From an uncultured Poribacteria bacterium (GTDB lineage: Bacteria; Poribacteria; WGA-4E; WGA-3G): 64,000 bases of DNA. This document shows positions 21,146 through 31,015 of the stretch, in pieces (positions within the stretch are counted from its first letter, which is position 1; every line of letters begins with the position of its first letter). The stretch spans positions 1,792,001 through 1,856,000 of the forward strand of contig OX638351.1 of assembly GCA_951813565.1 (NCBI GenBank). The letters are read 5' to 3'. Under the pieces are notes generated by a model. That model did no database searches. It was given only the letters and a program-made list of their open reading frames with translations, and had not been told where the DNA came from. The translations under genes were made by a program, and so were the position numbers.

Positions 21146-21294
21146 GATTATATACATTATGTTGTTAGGCATCGTCGTTTTTGTTTTGCTGGTTTTACTC
21201 GGTATCTCTATACGAAGTTTTTAATCTATCATAAGAAAGACATGAACGAATACATCAAATGGACATTGGAGGGTATCACGACCCTACTAATTTA

Positions 21295-21501
21295 ACGACT
21301 TGTGTTAGTTAACTATTTGTTTGTATTCTTTTCACACATATTGAACTCATGTTATATACATATCGTCCCTACCAAATCAACGTCAAATGCGCTTATGGCA
21401 TTTGTCGGGACTGAAGAAGGAATCAACTAATGATAAAAACTAACAAAACGTCATGTAATTGTGAAACAATATTTTACAAATAGTTATTTAGCACAACTCG
21501 T
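21295..21501. mobile_element. 207-bp MITE, AC...GT ends, 7-bp TSD
   Basis: ACGACTTGTGTTAGTTAACTA / TAGTTATTTAGCACAACTCGT; TAATTTA duplicated at 21288-21294 and 21502-21508. Confidence 0.75.
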
Positions 21502-21816
21502 TAATTTAGTTCTCTTTTACTACGCTTGGTAGTCGTATATCATACCTTATCTTTATCAATAATAACAGATAGGATTGCCCATCTGCCAAAATCTTCTGGC
21601 GGTTCTCCACACCCCAGAGCTATCAAGCGTGTCTCAGCTGCCACATCAAGTTTACGAGACAGCGAATGCTCTCACTTAAAACGATATAAGGCACGAGAAT
21701 AGCCCCTTCCAAAATTTGACATTGCACATCTACTAACCCCAATTAATGTTCATCGCGACATTCAAAATTTCTTCACCTAATACAAAATTTACGTAAAAAC
21801 CTAAATGAATTTAAGG

Positions 21817-21845
21817 TTGACAATTATGCATTAATTAGGTATTCT
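21817..21845 (+). promoter_or_regulatory. Sigma70-type promoter of the Mo-hydroxylase operon
   Basis: TTGACA-N17-TATTCT. Confidence 0.6.
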
Positions 21846-21934
21846 TATAATTGAAAATTCTCCAGTGTTACGGAGCAACAGAAGATAGAAACAGCACATA
21901 TAACCTTGAAGTACAAATAAAAGGAGGACTAAAT

Positions 21935-22789
21935 GTGAAAAATTTTGAGTATTTTGAGCCTACAACCCTTGCGGAAGCGTCCCGCCTGTTTGCACAAGAG
22001 CACGCGCAGCTCCTTGCAGGCGGGACAGACCTTGTTATCGGCATGAAGGCATACACTGAAACACCGCAATCCGTAATCAGTCTACAAAATATACCGGGAT
22101 TGGATGACGTAACTACCTATTCTGATGGTAGCATCACTATCGGGGCAATGACAAAGGTGCGGGAAGTTGAATTGTCCGAAGATATACAAGAACATCACAC
22201 AGCATTAGCGGAAGGCGCATCAGAAATCGGTTCTATCCAAATTCGCAACCTCGCAACAATTGGTGGAAATATTGCGCACGCCTCCCCTGCAGCAGATACC
22301 GTTGCCGGTTTGCTCGTTGCTGACGCACAGGTAGGCATTGCGAGTGCTGAAGGCGAACGAACGGTGCCGATTGACGAGTTATTTACCGGTCCAGGACAAA
22401 CCGTCTTGAAAGCAGGTGAGATTATAACGCAATTTCGTCTACCAAATCCTGCATCTGGTTCTCATTATATCAAACATAAAATCCGTGAAGTCATGGACTT
22501 AGCATTTATCGGTGTTGCTTCCGCTATCAATTTAGATAACGGAACGATTACAGATGCCAAAATTGGACTCGCCGCTGTTGCCCCTACACCAATTCGAGCG
22601 ACTGAAGCAGAAAATTTGCTAAAAGGGAAAGAACCCACCGACGAACTCCTGCAACAAGCAGGTGAAGCTGCGGCAGCTGCAACCAGTCCAATATCTGATT
22701 TACGGTGCTCTGCTGAACATCGCAAGGAGATGGTTGATGTGCTTACAAGGCGAACCCTTCAACACGCTTTGGACAGAGCAAGAGGATAA
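21935..22789 (+). CDS. Xanthine/CO dehydrogenase family FAD-binding (medium) subunit
   Basis: AGGTDL, QIRNLATIGGN, ASPAAD, PISDLR; GTG start after AAGGAGG. Confidence 0.93.
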   Translation: MKNFEYFEPTTLAEASRLFAQEHAQLLAGGTDLVIGMKAYTETPQSVISLQNIPGLDDVTTYSDGSITIGAMTKVREVELSEDIQEHHTALAEGASEIGSIQIRNLATIGGNIAHASPAADTVAGLLVADAQVGIASAEGERTVPIDELFTGPGQTVLKAGEIITQFRLPNPASGSHYIKHKIREVMDLAFIGVASAINLDNGTITDAKIGLAAVAPTPIRATEAENLLKGKEPTDELLQQAGEAAAAATSPISDLRCSAEHRKEMVDVLTRRTLQHALDRARG

Positions 22790-22858
22790 AAAAGCATTCA
22801 TATTTAAGCGAGGACTGACGTTCACGCCTCGCATCGTATTAAGGTCAAGGAGGAAAAT

Positions 22859-23338
22859 ATGACAAAACACCCTGTCAGTCTAACAGTCAACGGTGATGAA
22901 CACGATTTACTTATTGAACCGCGTAAAACTTTACTTGCAGTGCTTCGCGATACGATCGGTTTGACAGGAACTAAAGAAGGATGTAGCACAGGGGACTGCG
23001 GTGCATGCACCGTTATCGTTGATGGCAAAGCCGTCACGTCCTGTATGGTACTCAGTGTCACCGCTTCTGGAAAAGATATTACTACCATTGAGGGGTTAGC
23101 CAGCGATGGCGAACTTCATCCTGTTCAACAGGCATTTATTGACACAGGCGGCTATCAGTGTGGTTTTTGTACCCCCGGTTTTATCATGGCATCAAAGGTA
23201 CTTATAGATGAAAATCCTGATCGTACCGAAGAGGAATTCAGACATGCGCTCGGTGGGAACATCTGCCGCTGTACTGGATACACAAAAATACTTGAAGCAG
23301 TCCTACAAGCCGCTGAAGAGATACGTACAACTTCATAA
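22859..23338 (+). CDS. Xanthine/CO dehydrogenase family 2Fe-2S (small) subunit
   Basis: GCSTGDCGACT, QCGFCTPG, NICRCTGY. Confidence 0.95.
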   Translation: MTKHPVSLTVNGDEHDLLIEPRKTLLAVLRDTIGLTGTKEGCSTGDCGACTVIVDGKAVTSCMVLSVTASGKDITTIEGLASDGELHPVQQAFIDTGGYQCGFCTPGFIMASKVLIDENPDRTEEEFRHALGGNICRCTGYTKILEAVLQAAEEIRTTS

Positions 23339-23383
23339 AAATATGCAGATTCATATCTGCTCTAAGTTAAAAAGGAGAAAAAC

Positions 23384-23632
23384 ATGGCGAAAACACATCG
23401 TGGAAGTGGTATAAGACATCTATACGTTGATCCAAACGGAAATGTCCATGAAAATGAATATAACAGTGGTCGTGGAACTTGTCCCGCTTGTGGGCGTACC
23501 GGCGTTAAAGTCCTGCCTGATTATAGCGTAGAGGTTGGTGAAGATACCGTGAAAGTTTGTAAAAGATGCTATACTGCTATTGGACGTGGAAAAATAGAAC
23601 TCCCAGCTGCAAGTAAAGTCGCACAGGAGTAA
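23384..23632 (+). CDS. Small basic Zn-ribbon protein, possibly a ribosomal protein bL38 homologue
   Basis: AAGGAG RBS; MAKTHRGSGIR...GRGTCPACGRTGVKVL...KVCKRC. Confidence 0.7.
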   Translation: MAKTHRGSGIRHLYVDPNGNVHENEYNSGRGTCPACGRTGVKVLPDYSVEVGEDTVKVCKRCYTAIGRGKIELPAASKVAQE

Positions 23633-23708
23633 GCATACATCATGTGTTAACATACATCGTATGCTAAGTTAACATACGTACAATTTATCAAAGTGAAAGG
23701 AGAATTGC

Positions 23709-26012
23709 ATGTCAGAATATAGTGTTGTCGGTCAAAAACTACCGCGCGTTGATGCAGTTGAAAAAGTGACCGGTGCCGCACAATATGGTGCGGATGTGCA
23801 CCCAGCTGGAATGCTCTACGGCAAAATCGTCCGAAGTAAGCATGCACACGCGAATATCCTCAGTATTGACACAAGCGAGGCGGAAAAACTGCCCGGTGTC
23901 AGAGCAATTATTACGCAAGACGATGTCCCAAGTGGACGCCGTGTCTTCGCGACTGATAAAGTACTTTATTTGGGTGAACCGCTTGCCGCTGTTGCTGCTA
24001 CCGACCCAGATATCGCTGAGGAAGCTGCTGAACTCATTAAAATCGAATACGAAGTTCTACCTGTTGTGCAGGACGTGATGGAAGCAATTAAGCCATCAGC
24101 ACCCCATTTGCACGGGGATGCGACAAAAGAAGGTCCAAATCGGCGAGACATTAGCACAAAAATCAAGGAACTATCTCGCGGTGAAGCAGATGATAACAGC
24201 AACGAAATTCGTAAACTTGAAGCAGAATTAGAGAAATATGCCGATGAAATTTACTATAATATTTCTGCAGAAAGCCATACTGAAGCGGGCGATGTTGAAA
24301 AAGGATTTGCGGAGTCTGATATCGTCGTTGAAGACACATACTTTATTCCCCGCGTGCATCAGACCTACATGGAACCGCACGTATCAGTTGCCAGTGCGGA
24401 TTCATCAGGTAAAGTCACGGTGTGGGCATCTACGCAGGGTCCGTTTGCTATCCGTTCAGGTATTGCTGGCACACTCGGCATCCCACTGACACAAATTAAC
24501 GTCATTGGAACGACAATGGGTGGCGGATTTGGCGGGCGTTTCGGTGTTATCATTACGCATGTTCCTGCAGTCCTACTCTCGCAAAAAACTGGACGTCCAG
24601 TCCGTGTACAAATGACGCGTGAAGAGGAATTCCTTGATGGCAGACCTGCACCAGGATGCGTTATCAAACTCAAAACAGGCGCAACCAAAGATGGACATAT
24701 TCTCGCCCGACAAGCACTTGCATTTTGGGATTCTGGTTCTGTCTCAGGCGCATCCATCGGTAGTACAATACGAGTTCGCGGTGTCTATAAGATTCCAAAC
24801 ATCAAAGTAGACGCTTACGGTGTGCATACCAACAAATCTGGCACAGCTGCCTATAGGGCACCAGGCGCACCGCAAGCCATTTTTGCAGGCGAATCGCAAC
24901 TTGACGATATTGCTGAACAGATTGGCATGGACCCAGTCAAATTTCGCCTGATGAATATGCGCGAAGAGGGTGATGCTGTCCCCGCAGGTGGAAGTGAACC
25001 TAAAGTCGGTTACAAAGAAACCTTAGAAGCTGTTGCGGATGCCGCTGGATGGTGGGATCGGGAAGCAGATGATAACCAAGGTTGGGGCGTCGCCGTTGGT
25101 GATTGGACAAACGGTTGTGGACCCGGTGGTGTTTACGTTTCTGTCCACGAAGACGGCAGCGCGCGAATTTTTCACGGTTCCATGGACATCACAGGCACGG
25201 ATACAGCCATCACACAAATTATCGCTGAAATCTTGACTATTCCATACAAAAACGTCACAATTCGCCGTGGTGATACAGATTCAGCCCCGTATTCTACGGG
25301 TTCAGGCGGAAGTGTTGTAACCTTCACAATGGGGAACACTGCTAAACTTGCGGCTGAAGATGCACGCAGACGTATTCTTGAACTTGCCTCTGAAAGACTT
25401 AATACAAATGAGGACAATCTTGAACTCAGAGACGGTGCTGTCCATATTATCACTGCAGACCCACCGAAATCTATTTCATTAGGGGAACTTGCAGCGTATA
25501 GTCTCTCAACAACAGGTGGTCCTATTGTCGGAAAAGGTTCCTTCGCACGGCAACCGAGTACTCCGGCGCTCGCAGCACAAATTGCTAAAGTTGAGGTAGA
25601 CCCTGACACTGGTAGGACCAGAGTGCTAAAACTTGTCGCTTCTCAAGATGTCGGATTCGCCATTAATCCAATGGCAGTTGAAGGACAAATTGAAGGTGGC
25701 ACTGTGCAAGGCTATGCATGGGCTATGATGGAAGAGATGCAATATGGTGAAAACGGAAACATAAATCCCGGATTTGTTGATTACCGTGTGCCGACCTCTG
25801 CCGATCTGCCAACAGTTGAATCTGTAATCGTTGAGGTGCCCGCACCGAATGGTCCCTACGGTGCCAAAGGTGTTGGAGAACCTCCTATTACCCCAACATT
25901 GGCAACAATGGCAAATGCTGTCAGAGATGCTGTCGGCATCCGTGTCACTGAACTGCCGATCAAGCCTGAAAAGGTTGTTGAGGCATTGAAGAACAACGGG
26001 CACGGAGCGTAG
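23709..26012 (+). CDS. Xanthine dehydrogenase family molybdopterin-binding (large) subunit
   Basis: KVTGAAQY, MGGGFGGR, AYRAPG, EGQIEGG, GAKGVGE. Confidence 0.95.
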   Translation: MSEYSVVGQKLPRVDAVEKVTGAAQYGADVHPAGMLYGKIVRSKHAHANILSIDTSEAEKLPGVRAIITQDDVPSGRRVFATDKVLYLGEPLAAVAATDPDIAEEAAELIKIEYEVLPVVQDVMEAIKPSAPHLHGDATKEGPNRRDISTKIKELSRGEADDNSNEIRKLEAELEKYADEIYYNISAESHTEAGDVEKGFAESDIVVEDTYFIPRVHQTYMEPHVSVASADSSGKVTVWASTQGPFAIRSGIAGTLGIPLTQINVIGTTMGGGFGGRFGVIITHVPAVLLSQKTGRPVRVQMTREEEFLDGRPAPGCVIKLKTGATKDGHILARQALAFWDSGSVSGASIGSTIRVRGVYKIPNIKVDAYGVHTNKSGTAAYRAPGAPQAIFAGESQLDDIAEQIGMDPVKFRLMNMREEGDAVPAGGSEPKVGYKETLEAVADAAGWWDREADDNQGWGVAVGDWTNGCGPGGVYVSVHEDGSARIFHGSMDITGTDTAITQIIAEILTIPYKNVTIRRGDTDSAPYSTGSGGSVVTFTMGNTAKLAAEDARRRILELASERLNTNEDNLELRDGAVHIITADPPKSISLGELAAYSLSTTGGPIVGKGSFARQPSTPALAAQIAKVEVDPDTGRTRVLKLVASQDVGFAINPMAVEGQIEGGTVQGYAWAMMEEMQYGENGNINPGFVDYRVPTSADLPTVESVIVEVPAPNGPYGAKGVGEPPITPTLATMANAVRDAVGIRVTELPIKPEKVVEALKNNGHGA

Positions 26013-26079
26013 TCTTTCTAACAACGTCTTTGCGAGGCATTCGTGCCTCGCAAACAAAATCGCCTCGCCAAAACGTTAC

Positions 26080-26835
26080 ATGATGACAAAATACGCGGCA
26101 ATAAAACCGACAGTCTATGTTGAAACATCAGTAGTCAGTTATTTAACTTCACTGCCGAGTCGTGATAGCCTTGTATTATCTCGACAAGAAGCGACTCGGC
26201 AGTTGTGGAATGAACATCTTGATGATTTTGAGCTTATTGTTTCGGATATAGTTATCAGCGAAATTAGGCAAGGCGATGAAAAAGAAGTTCAACTTCGACT
26301 TAAAGCGGTTGCTGACTTTACAAGATTGGATATGTCTTCACAAGCGAATGCTCTTGCACAATACTTAGTGGATACGGGTGCTGTTCCGCAAAACTCACCT
26401 CAAGATGCTCAACATATTGCAATTGCTGCAGTTGATAATCTCGACTATCTGATTTCATGGAATTTTAAGCATATTGTCAATGAAGCAAAGCGAGAGCATA
26501 TCAGCCAAGTTTGTCGTGCTGCAGGATTTCAACCTACGAATGTCTGTACACCTATAAACCTTATTGAGGAGATTAAGATGAAAGAGAAACCTGAACCCCC
26601 AACTGATCCTGTCCTTGAAGAAATCTATCGGATGAAAGCAGAATTCGCTGCCAAATTCAATTCAATGGAGGAACTTACCGCACATTTAAAAGAAGTCAAT
26701 AAAAGGGAGAAAGCACTCGGTAGGAAATATAAACCTGCACCACCACCACCGCCTGACTTTGAAAAAAAAATCGAAGAACTTTACAAAGAACTTGGAATCA
26801 TGAAGGAAACTGAAGACAAAGTTTCCGCTGAATAA
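26080..26835 (+). CDS. PIN-domain (VapC-like) protein fused in frame to an antitoxin-like C-terminal domain
   Basis: VYVETSVVSYL, DAQHIAIA, LISWNFKHIVN; internal GAGGAG-N6-ATG at 26578. Confidence 0.85.
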   Translation: MMTKYAAIKPTVYVETSVVSYLTSLPSRDSLVLSRQEATRQLWNEHLDDFELIVSDIVISEIRQGDEKEVQLRLKAVADFTRLDMSSQANALAQYLVDTGAVPQNSPQDAQHIAIAAVDNLDYLISWNFKHIVNEAKREHISQVCRAAGFQPTNVCTPINLIEEIKMKEKPEPPTDPVLEEIYRMKAEFAAKFNSMEELTAHLKEVNKREKALGRKYKPAPPPPPDFEKKIEELYKELGIMKETEDKVSAE

Positions 26836-26897
26836 TTCAGAATCTACTTCTTACACATCATATTTATAATTATCCGTATTAGGAAAATAAAGAACTT

Positions 26898-27614
26898 ATG
26901 TTTGGTGAAATTAGAAACGAACACGGCGAACTTCTTGACTACACATATCATGACGGCAAAGACGACAAAATTGTGGTGATTGGGCACGGTGTCACAGGTA
27001 ACAAAGATAGACCGGCACTCATCGCTTTGGCAGAAGGACTTGCCGATGCTGGTATCTCTGCCTTGCGCTTCTCATTCTCTGGCAACGGTGAATCAGAAGG
27101 TGCATTTACAGATTCCAATATCACAAAAGAGGTAGCAGACCTCGGTAGCATTATTGATGCGCTCGATGATTACAAGGTTTGTTATATTGGACATAGTATG
27201 GGGGGTGCAGTCGGTGTGTTACGTGCCGCTACCGATGAACGTATTGAAGTTCTCGTCTCGCTCGCGGGGATGGTACATACAAAAGCATTTGCTGACCGTG
27301 AATTTGGCGATGTGACACCCGACAAAGGTTTTATGTGGGATGAACCTGACTGTCCTCTTTCACAAGCCTATATGGACGACATGGCGGCGATCGATAGTGT
27401 TGCAAAACAAGCAAGTAAATTTGGCGGTCCGTGGCTTTTAGTTCACGGATCAGAAGACGATATTGTGCCAATTCAAGATAGTATCGATGTCCTTCAGTTC
27501 GCAAACGAACCAACCAAACTCCTTGATCTTCCGGGTGCAGATCATGTTTTCTCTGGTGACTCTACCGCTATAATGGTAGAAAAAGTTGTAACTTGGATTA
27601 GCCAAAAACTATAA
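26898..27614 (+). CDS. Alpha/beta hydrolase
   Basis: GHSMGG, HGSEDDIVP, GADHVF. Confidence 0.92.
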   Translation: MFGEIRNEHGELLDYTYHDGKDDKIVVIGHGVTGNKDRPALIALAEGLADAGISALRFSFSGNGESEGAFTDSNITKEVADLGSIIDALDDYKVCYIGHSMGGAVGVLRAATDERIEVLVSLAGMVHTKAFADREFGDVTPDKGFMWDEPDCPLSQAYMDDMAAIDSVAKQASKFGGPWLLVHGSEDDIVPIQDSIDVLQFANEPTKLLDLPGADHVFSGDSTAIMVEKVVTWISQKL

Positions 27615-27627
27615 GGCACAAATCAGC

Positions 27628-27855
27628 ATGGCGCGTATTGATAAACTCAAGGAAGAAATTGGTTGGCTAAAGGTTATATTCGCTATCTCAATTGCTGCGG
27701 ATATTTCCCTAATTGCTTGGCTAATTCAGAATTTCTAAAAAGAGTCCCCATTTCTTTTACTTATAGCAGGGGTTGGGGCTCTCTTGATTATGTTTGTAAT
27801 TATTTGGATTAATAGCGTCACGTATCGAAAAATTAATAAATTGGAGGAGTTATAA
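27628..27855 (+). pseudogene. Small two-TM membrane protein with internal TAA
   Basis: MARIDKLKEEIGWLKVIFAISIAADISLIAWLIQNF*KESPFLLLIAGVGALLIMFVIIWINSVTYRKINKLEEL; stop at 27736-27738. Confidence 0.6.
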
Positions 27856-27956
27856 TGGATTGGAGAGAAATACTCGTTGCCGTTGTGCTTATAGCATTTT
27901 TTGTTACCCTCGGTATAGTCGTAGGCACGGCAATAAAACATGCCAATAAAAGTTGA
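27855..27956 (+). CDS. 33-aa single-TM peptide, translationally coupled
   Basis: GGAGGAG RBS, TAATG overlap; MDWREILVAVVLIAFFVTLGIVVGTAIKHANKS. Confidence 0.5.
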   Translation: MDWREILVAVVLIAFFVTLGIVVGTAIKHANKS

Positions 27957-28049
27957 TCCGAAATAGATTATTAAATTGCTGTTTAACAGCACAATGGAGT
28001 TGCTTGAAACTTTAGCTGATTCAAATTGTAAAATTTTGGAGAATTTATT

Positions 28050-28874
28050 ATGCCAACACCTCGTCTGTCAGTATCAACGTGGAGTTTGCATCGTCAACTC
28101 GGAAAACCCGGATTTACCGGTCCTGTCCACGATATGCAAATTCCTACTGAAACCCATAACAAAGGTCCTATTTCACTTTTGGATCTGCCTATGCGTATCG
28201 CTGAATTCGGTATTAACACGGTGGAAATCTGCCACTTCCATCTCCCATCGGTTGAGAAAAGTTACCTATATGAACTCCGTGCAGCACTTCAAGCTGCCGA
28301 TGTTGAACTTTTCTCTCTTCTAATTGACGACGGTGACATCACGCACCCGTCTGATGCAGAACGTGACATTGCATGGATCGAAAAATGGATTGACATCGCT
28401 GGTGAACTTGGCGCGCAGTGCGCGCGTGTTATCGGTGGTAAAGCAGCACCCTCCACAGAAACCTTAGCACAAAGCCAACATGCACTCTCCCGACTAACTG
28501 AACGCGCAGAGACTGCTGGCATTCGCTTGATGACCGAAAACTGGTTCTCTATCTTTTCTACACCTGAAAATGTCAACACTATTTTAGACAAATTAGATGG
28601 GAAAGTCGGGCTATGTCTGGACTTCGGCAACTGGCGTGGCGGGACAAAATACAGTGACCTTGCCGCGATTGCCCCGTTAGCAGAATCGTGTCATACAAAA
28701 GCACATTTTGCTGCCCCGCGCGAAATGGATAAGGAAGATTACGTCCAATGCCTTGAACTGACACAGAAAGCTGGTTTTGCTGGACCACATACCCTCATCT
28801 ACGACGGACCCGGTGATGACGAATGGGAAGGCTTGGCTATTGAGCGCGAAGTTGTGAACCCATACCTCAACTAA
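28050..28874 (+). CDS. Sugar phosphate isomerase/epimerase (xylose isomerase-like TIM barrel)
   Basis: LSVSTWSLH, LMTENW, CLDFGNW, HTKA. Confidence 0.85.
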   Translation: MPTPRLSVSTWSLHRQLGKPGFTGPVHDMQIPTETHNKGPISLLDLPMRIAEFGINTVEICHFHLPSVEKSYLYELRAALQAADVELFSLLIDDGDITHPSDAERDIAWIEKWIDIAGELGAQCARVIGGKAAPSTETLAQSQHALSRLTERAETAGIRLMTENWFSIFSTPENVNTILDKLDGKVGLCLDFGNWRGGTKYSDLAAIAPLAESCHTKAHFAAPREMDKEDYVQCLELTQKAGFAGPHTLIYDGPGDDEWEGLAIEREVVNPYLN

Positions 28875-28920
28875 GTACATTAGTAGGCAAACTCCGCTGT
28901 GCCGTAAACACCAATAAAAT

Positions 28921-29763
28921 ATGTTTTCACTATCAAAAACACAACACAGTCTAACTATCTCTTGGGACGAACAACAAGTTTTAGGTTACCATTTTCCTGA
29001 AGATGGTAACCGTCCTTTTTGCCACCCGTTGAACCTACCCGGTGCCCCTCCGCTTACAATGAATGAGCCAGGGGATCACGTACATCATCAAGGGTTATGG
29101 GTTGCGTGGAAAAAGGTGAATGAAGTCAATTTTTGGGAACAACCCGCACCAGGTGCTGACCCGACAGGCTTCGGTAAAATCGTTCATCAACGGATTATTT
29201 CACTAAATACCACTACAGATAGCGCGAGTTTTGCAACAGAAAACGCATGGATAGATTGGCAAGGTAAAACACATCTAACTGAGCACAGAAAAATAACCGT
29301 TCATGCACCTACCGCAGATGCGATGCGGATTTCCGTGTCGTTGACGTTCCATCCTAACCAGCGCGAGGTTGTGCTTGACTTACGGCGCGGTGATCCAGGT
29401 GGAATGGGCAGATATTACAGCGGCATGGCAATCCGATTTGACAATATCATCACGCCGGGCAACCTATTAGATGCTGATGGACGCACTGAACCGACAGACA
29501 TCTTCGGCAAACAGAGTCGGTGGTGCAGCTTCACTTCGCAACACCCAGCTGACAATGAAACCTACGGTGTCGCTATCATAGACCACCCCGATAATCCTCG
29601 TTATCCGACAACGTGGTGGGTGCGCAACCGAAAAAACTACTGCTTAATCCATCCCTCACCTGTCTATTATGAACCGTTCCATCTCGCCCCGGATGAAACT
29701 TTGAACTTGCAGTATAGCGTTGTTCTCTATCTTGGGCAACCTAATGCAGCTTTATTTGAGTAA
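28921..29763 (+). CDS. DUF6807 (PmoA-like sugar-binding) family protein
   Basis: RPFCHPL, DHVHHQGLW, NFWE, IDHPDNPRYPTTWWVR. Confidence 0.75.
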   Translation: MFSLSKTQHSLTISWDEQQVLGYHFPEDGNRPFCHPLNLPGAPPLTMNEPGDHVHHQGLWVAWKKVNEVNFWEQPAPGADPTGFGKIVHQRIISLNTTTDSASFATENAWIDWQGKTHLTEHRKITVHAPTADAMRISVSLTFHPNQREVVLDLRRGDPGGMGRYYSGMAIRFDNIITPGNLLDADGRTEPTDIFGKQSRWCSFTSQHPADNETYGVAIIDHPDNPRYPTTWWVRNRKNYCLIHPSPVYYEPFHLAPDETLNLQYSVVLYLGQPNAALFE

Positions 29764-30091
29764 AGTGTCCCGGTTCCTTGGCAATCGTGCAGGGCTTTCT
29801 AAGCCCGATATTATGAGATTCAACCTGTCAAATCGGGGTTGAAAACCCGCCAAATGCCAAAAAGCGCATTTGGCGTTGATTCACTCCCACAAGAAGACAT
29901 ATCCTTAAATTGACACCTATGGGTTTCGCCAGCTCTACCCGACCTACAAACTACAGGTATAAGCGCAATATGTAAAGAAATTATACATATTATCTGTGAT
30001 ATATATAAAAATTGCGAAAAACTATACATATATGGTTTTTTGAAGGCAGTCCAAAACGCTTGCACCAAAGAGTTTTTTATGTTATCATTTA

Positions 30092-30595
30092 ATGAATGAA
30101 ACCCATCCTCAAGAAAAGCAGAGTGTGTTTACTGTTTACGTTGACTCGACGATACCAAGTTATCTGGTTTCAAAGCCGAGTCGTGTCCCACGAAGATCAG
30201 AATGGCAAAGAATTACCCGTGAGTTTTGGAACGATAAACGTTTTGAATTCGTGTTGTCGGACCTTGTAATTACCGAAGTATCAATTGGGGATAGAACCCA
30301 AGTAGTAGATAGATTGAAGGCTATAGAAGGCTTGCCTGTAGTGGACGTTTTGGATTTGGAGCGGTCATTGGCACAACAACTCATCATTGGAAAAGCAATA
30401 CCGGAGGTAGCACTTGCTGATGTTGTCCGCGTAGCAGGTACAGCAATTCAGGCAATACCCTATTTAGCGACATGGAATTTTGCACATCTTGCCAACCCAC
30501 ACACGATACCGAAAATTGAACAGATTTGTCGTGAGGCAGGTTATTCGCCTCCGCGCATTGCATCACCAAAGGCGATACTGGATGAACTCTCATGA
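30092..30595 (+). CDS. PIN-domain (VapC-like) toxin
   Basis: VYVDSTIPSYL, LATWNFAHLAN. Confidence 0.85.
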   Translation: MNETHPQEKQSVFTVYVDSTIPSYLVSKPSRVPRRSEWQRITREFWNDKRFEFVLSDLVITEVSIGDRTQVVDRLKAIEGLPVVDVLDLERSLAQQLIIGKAIPEVALADVVRVAGTAIQAIPYLATWNFAHLANPHTIPKIEQICREAGYSPPRIASPKAILDELS

Positions 30596-30774
30596 ATGAT
30601 AAAATTTTGAACGAATGCCGACAAGCTAAGGAACGGATTGCAGCTCTGTTTGGGGACGTGGACACCCTTATGGATTTTTTGATGAAACGTCGGGAACAAC
30701 GTCTGAAGCAAGGTAAAAAGTACATAGATTTCTCACCCCATCGGGAAAAGAAACAAAACAACCATAAATCTTGA
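30592..30774 (+). CDS. Putative antitoxin downstream of the PIN toxin
   Basis: ATGA overlap; similar to the C-terminal domain of 26080..26835. Confidence 0.7.
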   Translation: MNDKILNECRQAKERIAALFGDVDTLMDFLMKRREQRLKQGKKYIDFSPHREKKQNNHKS

Positions 30775-31015
30775 CACTGCTGCTTGTAAGCATTGATCGG
30801 TAATGTCCCATAGCACAATCCAAAATGTGAATGCTACGCGCCCCGTTGACCACATTCGAGATTTCCAATCCTGCTGGTCCTGGTTCAAACAGGTATTACC
30901 TGATACACATAATAGATTTAGCGTTCACCTACCCAACGGACGCATTAATGCTGCAATATAATCATTTAGAAATGGTATAACAATAAGAGATAAAATCTTA
31001 AATAGGAGGTTCATT

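Noticed and set aside
23384..23632. Ribosomal protein bL28 (rpmB)
   Set aside because: The C-terminal VKVCKRC resembles bL28, but the N-terminal C..CGK...GN.VSH...T.R.F.PN pattern is absent.
21935..26012. Aerobic CO dehydrogenase coxMSL
   Set aside because: The large subunit lacks the AYXCSFR signature, so no gene symbols were assigned.
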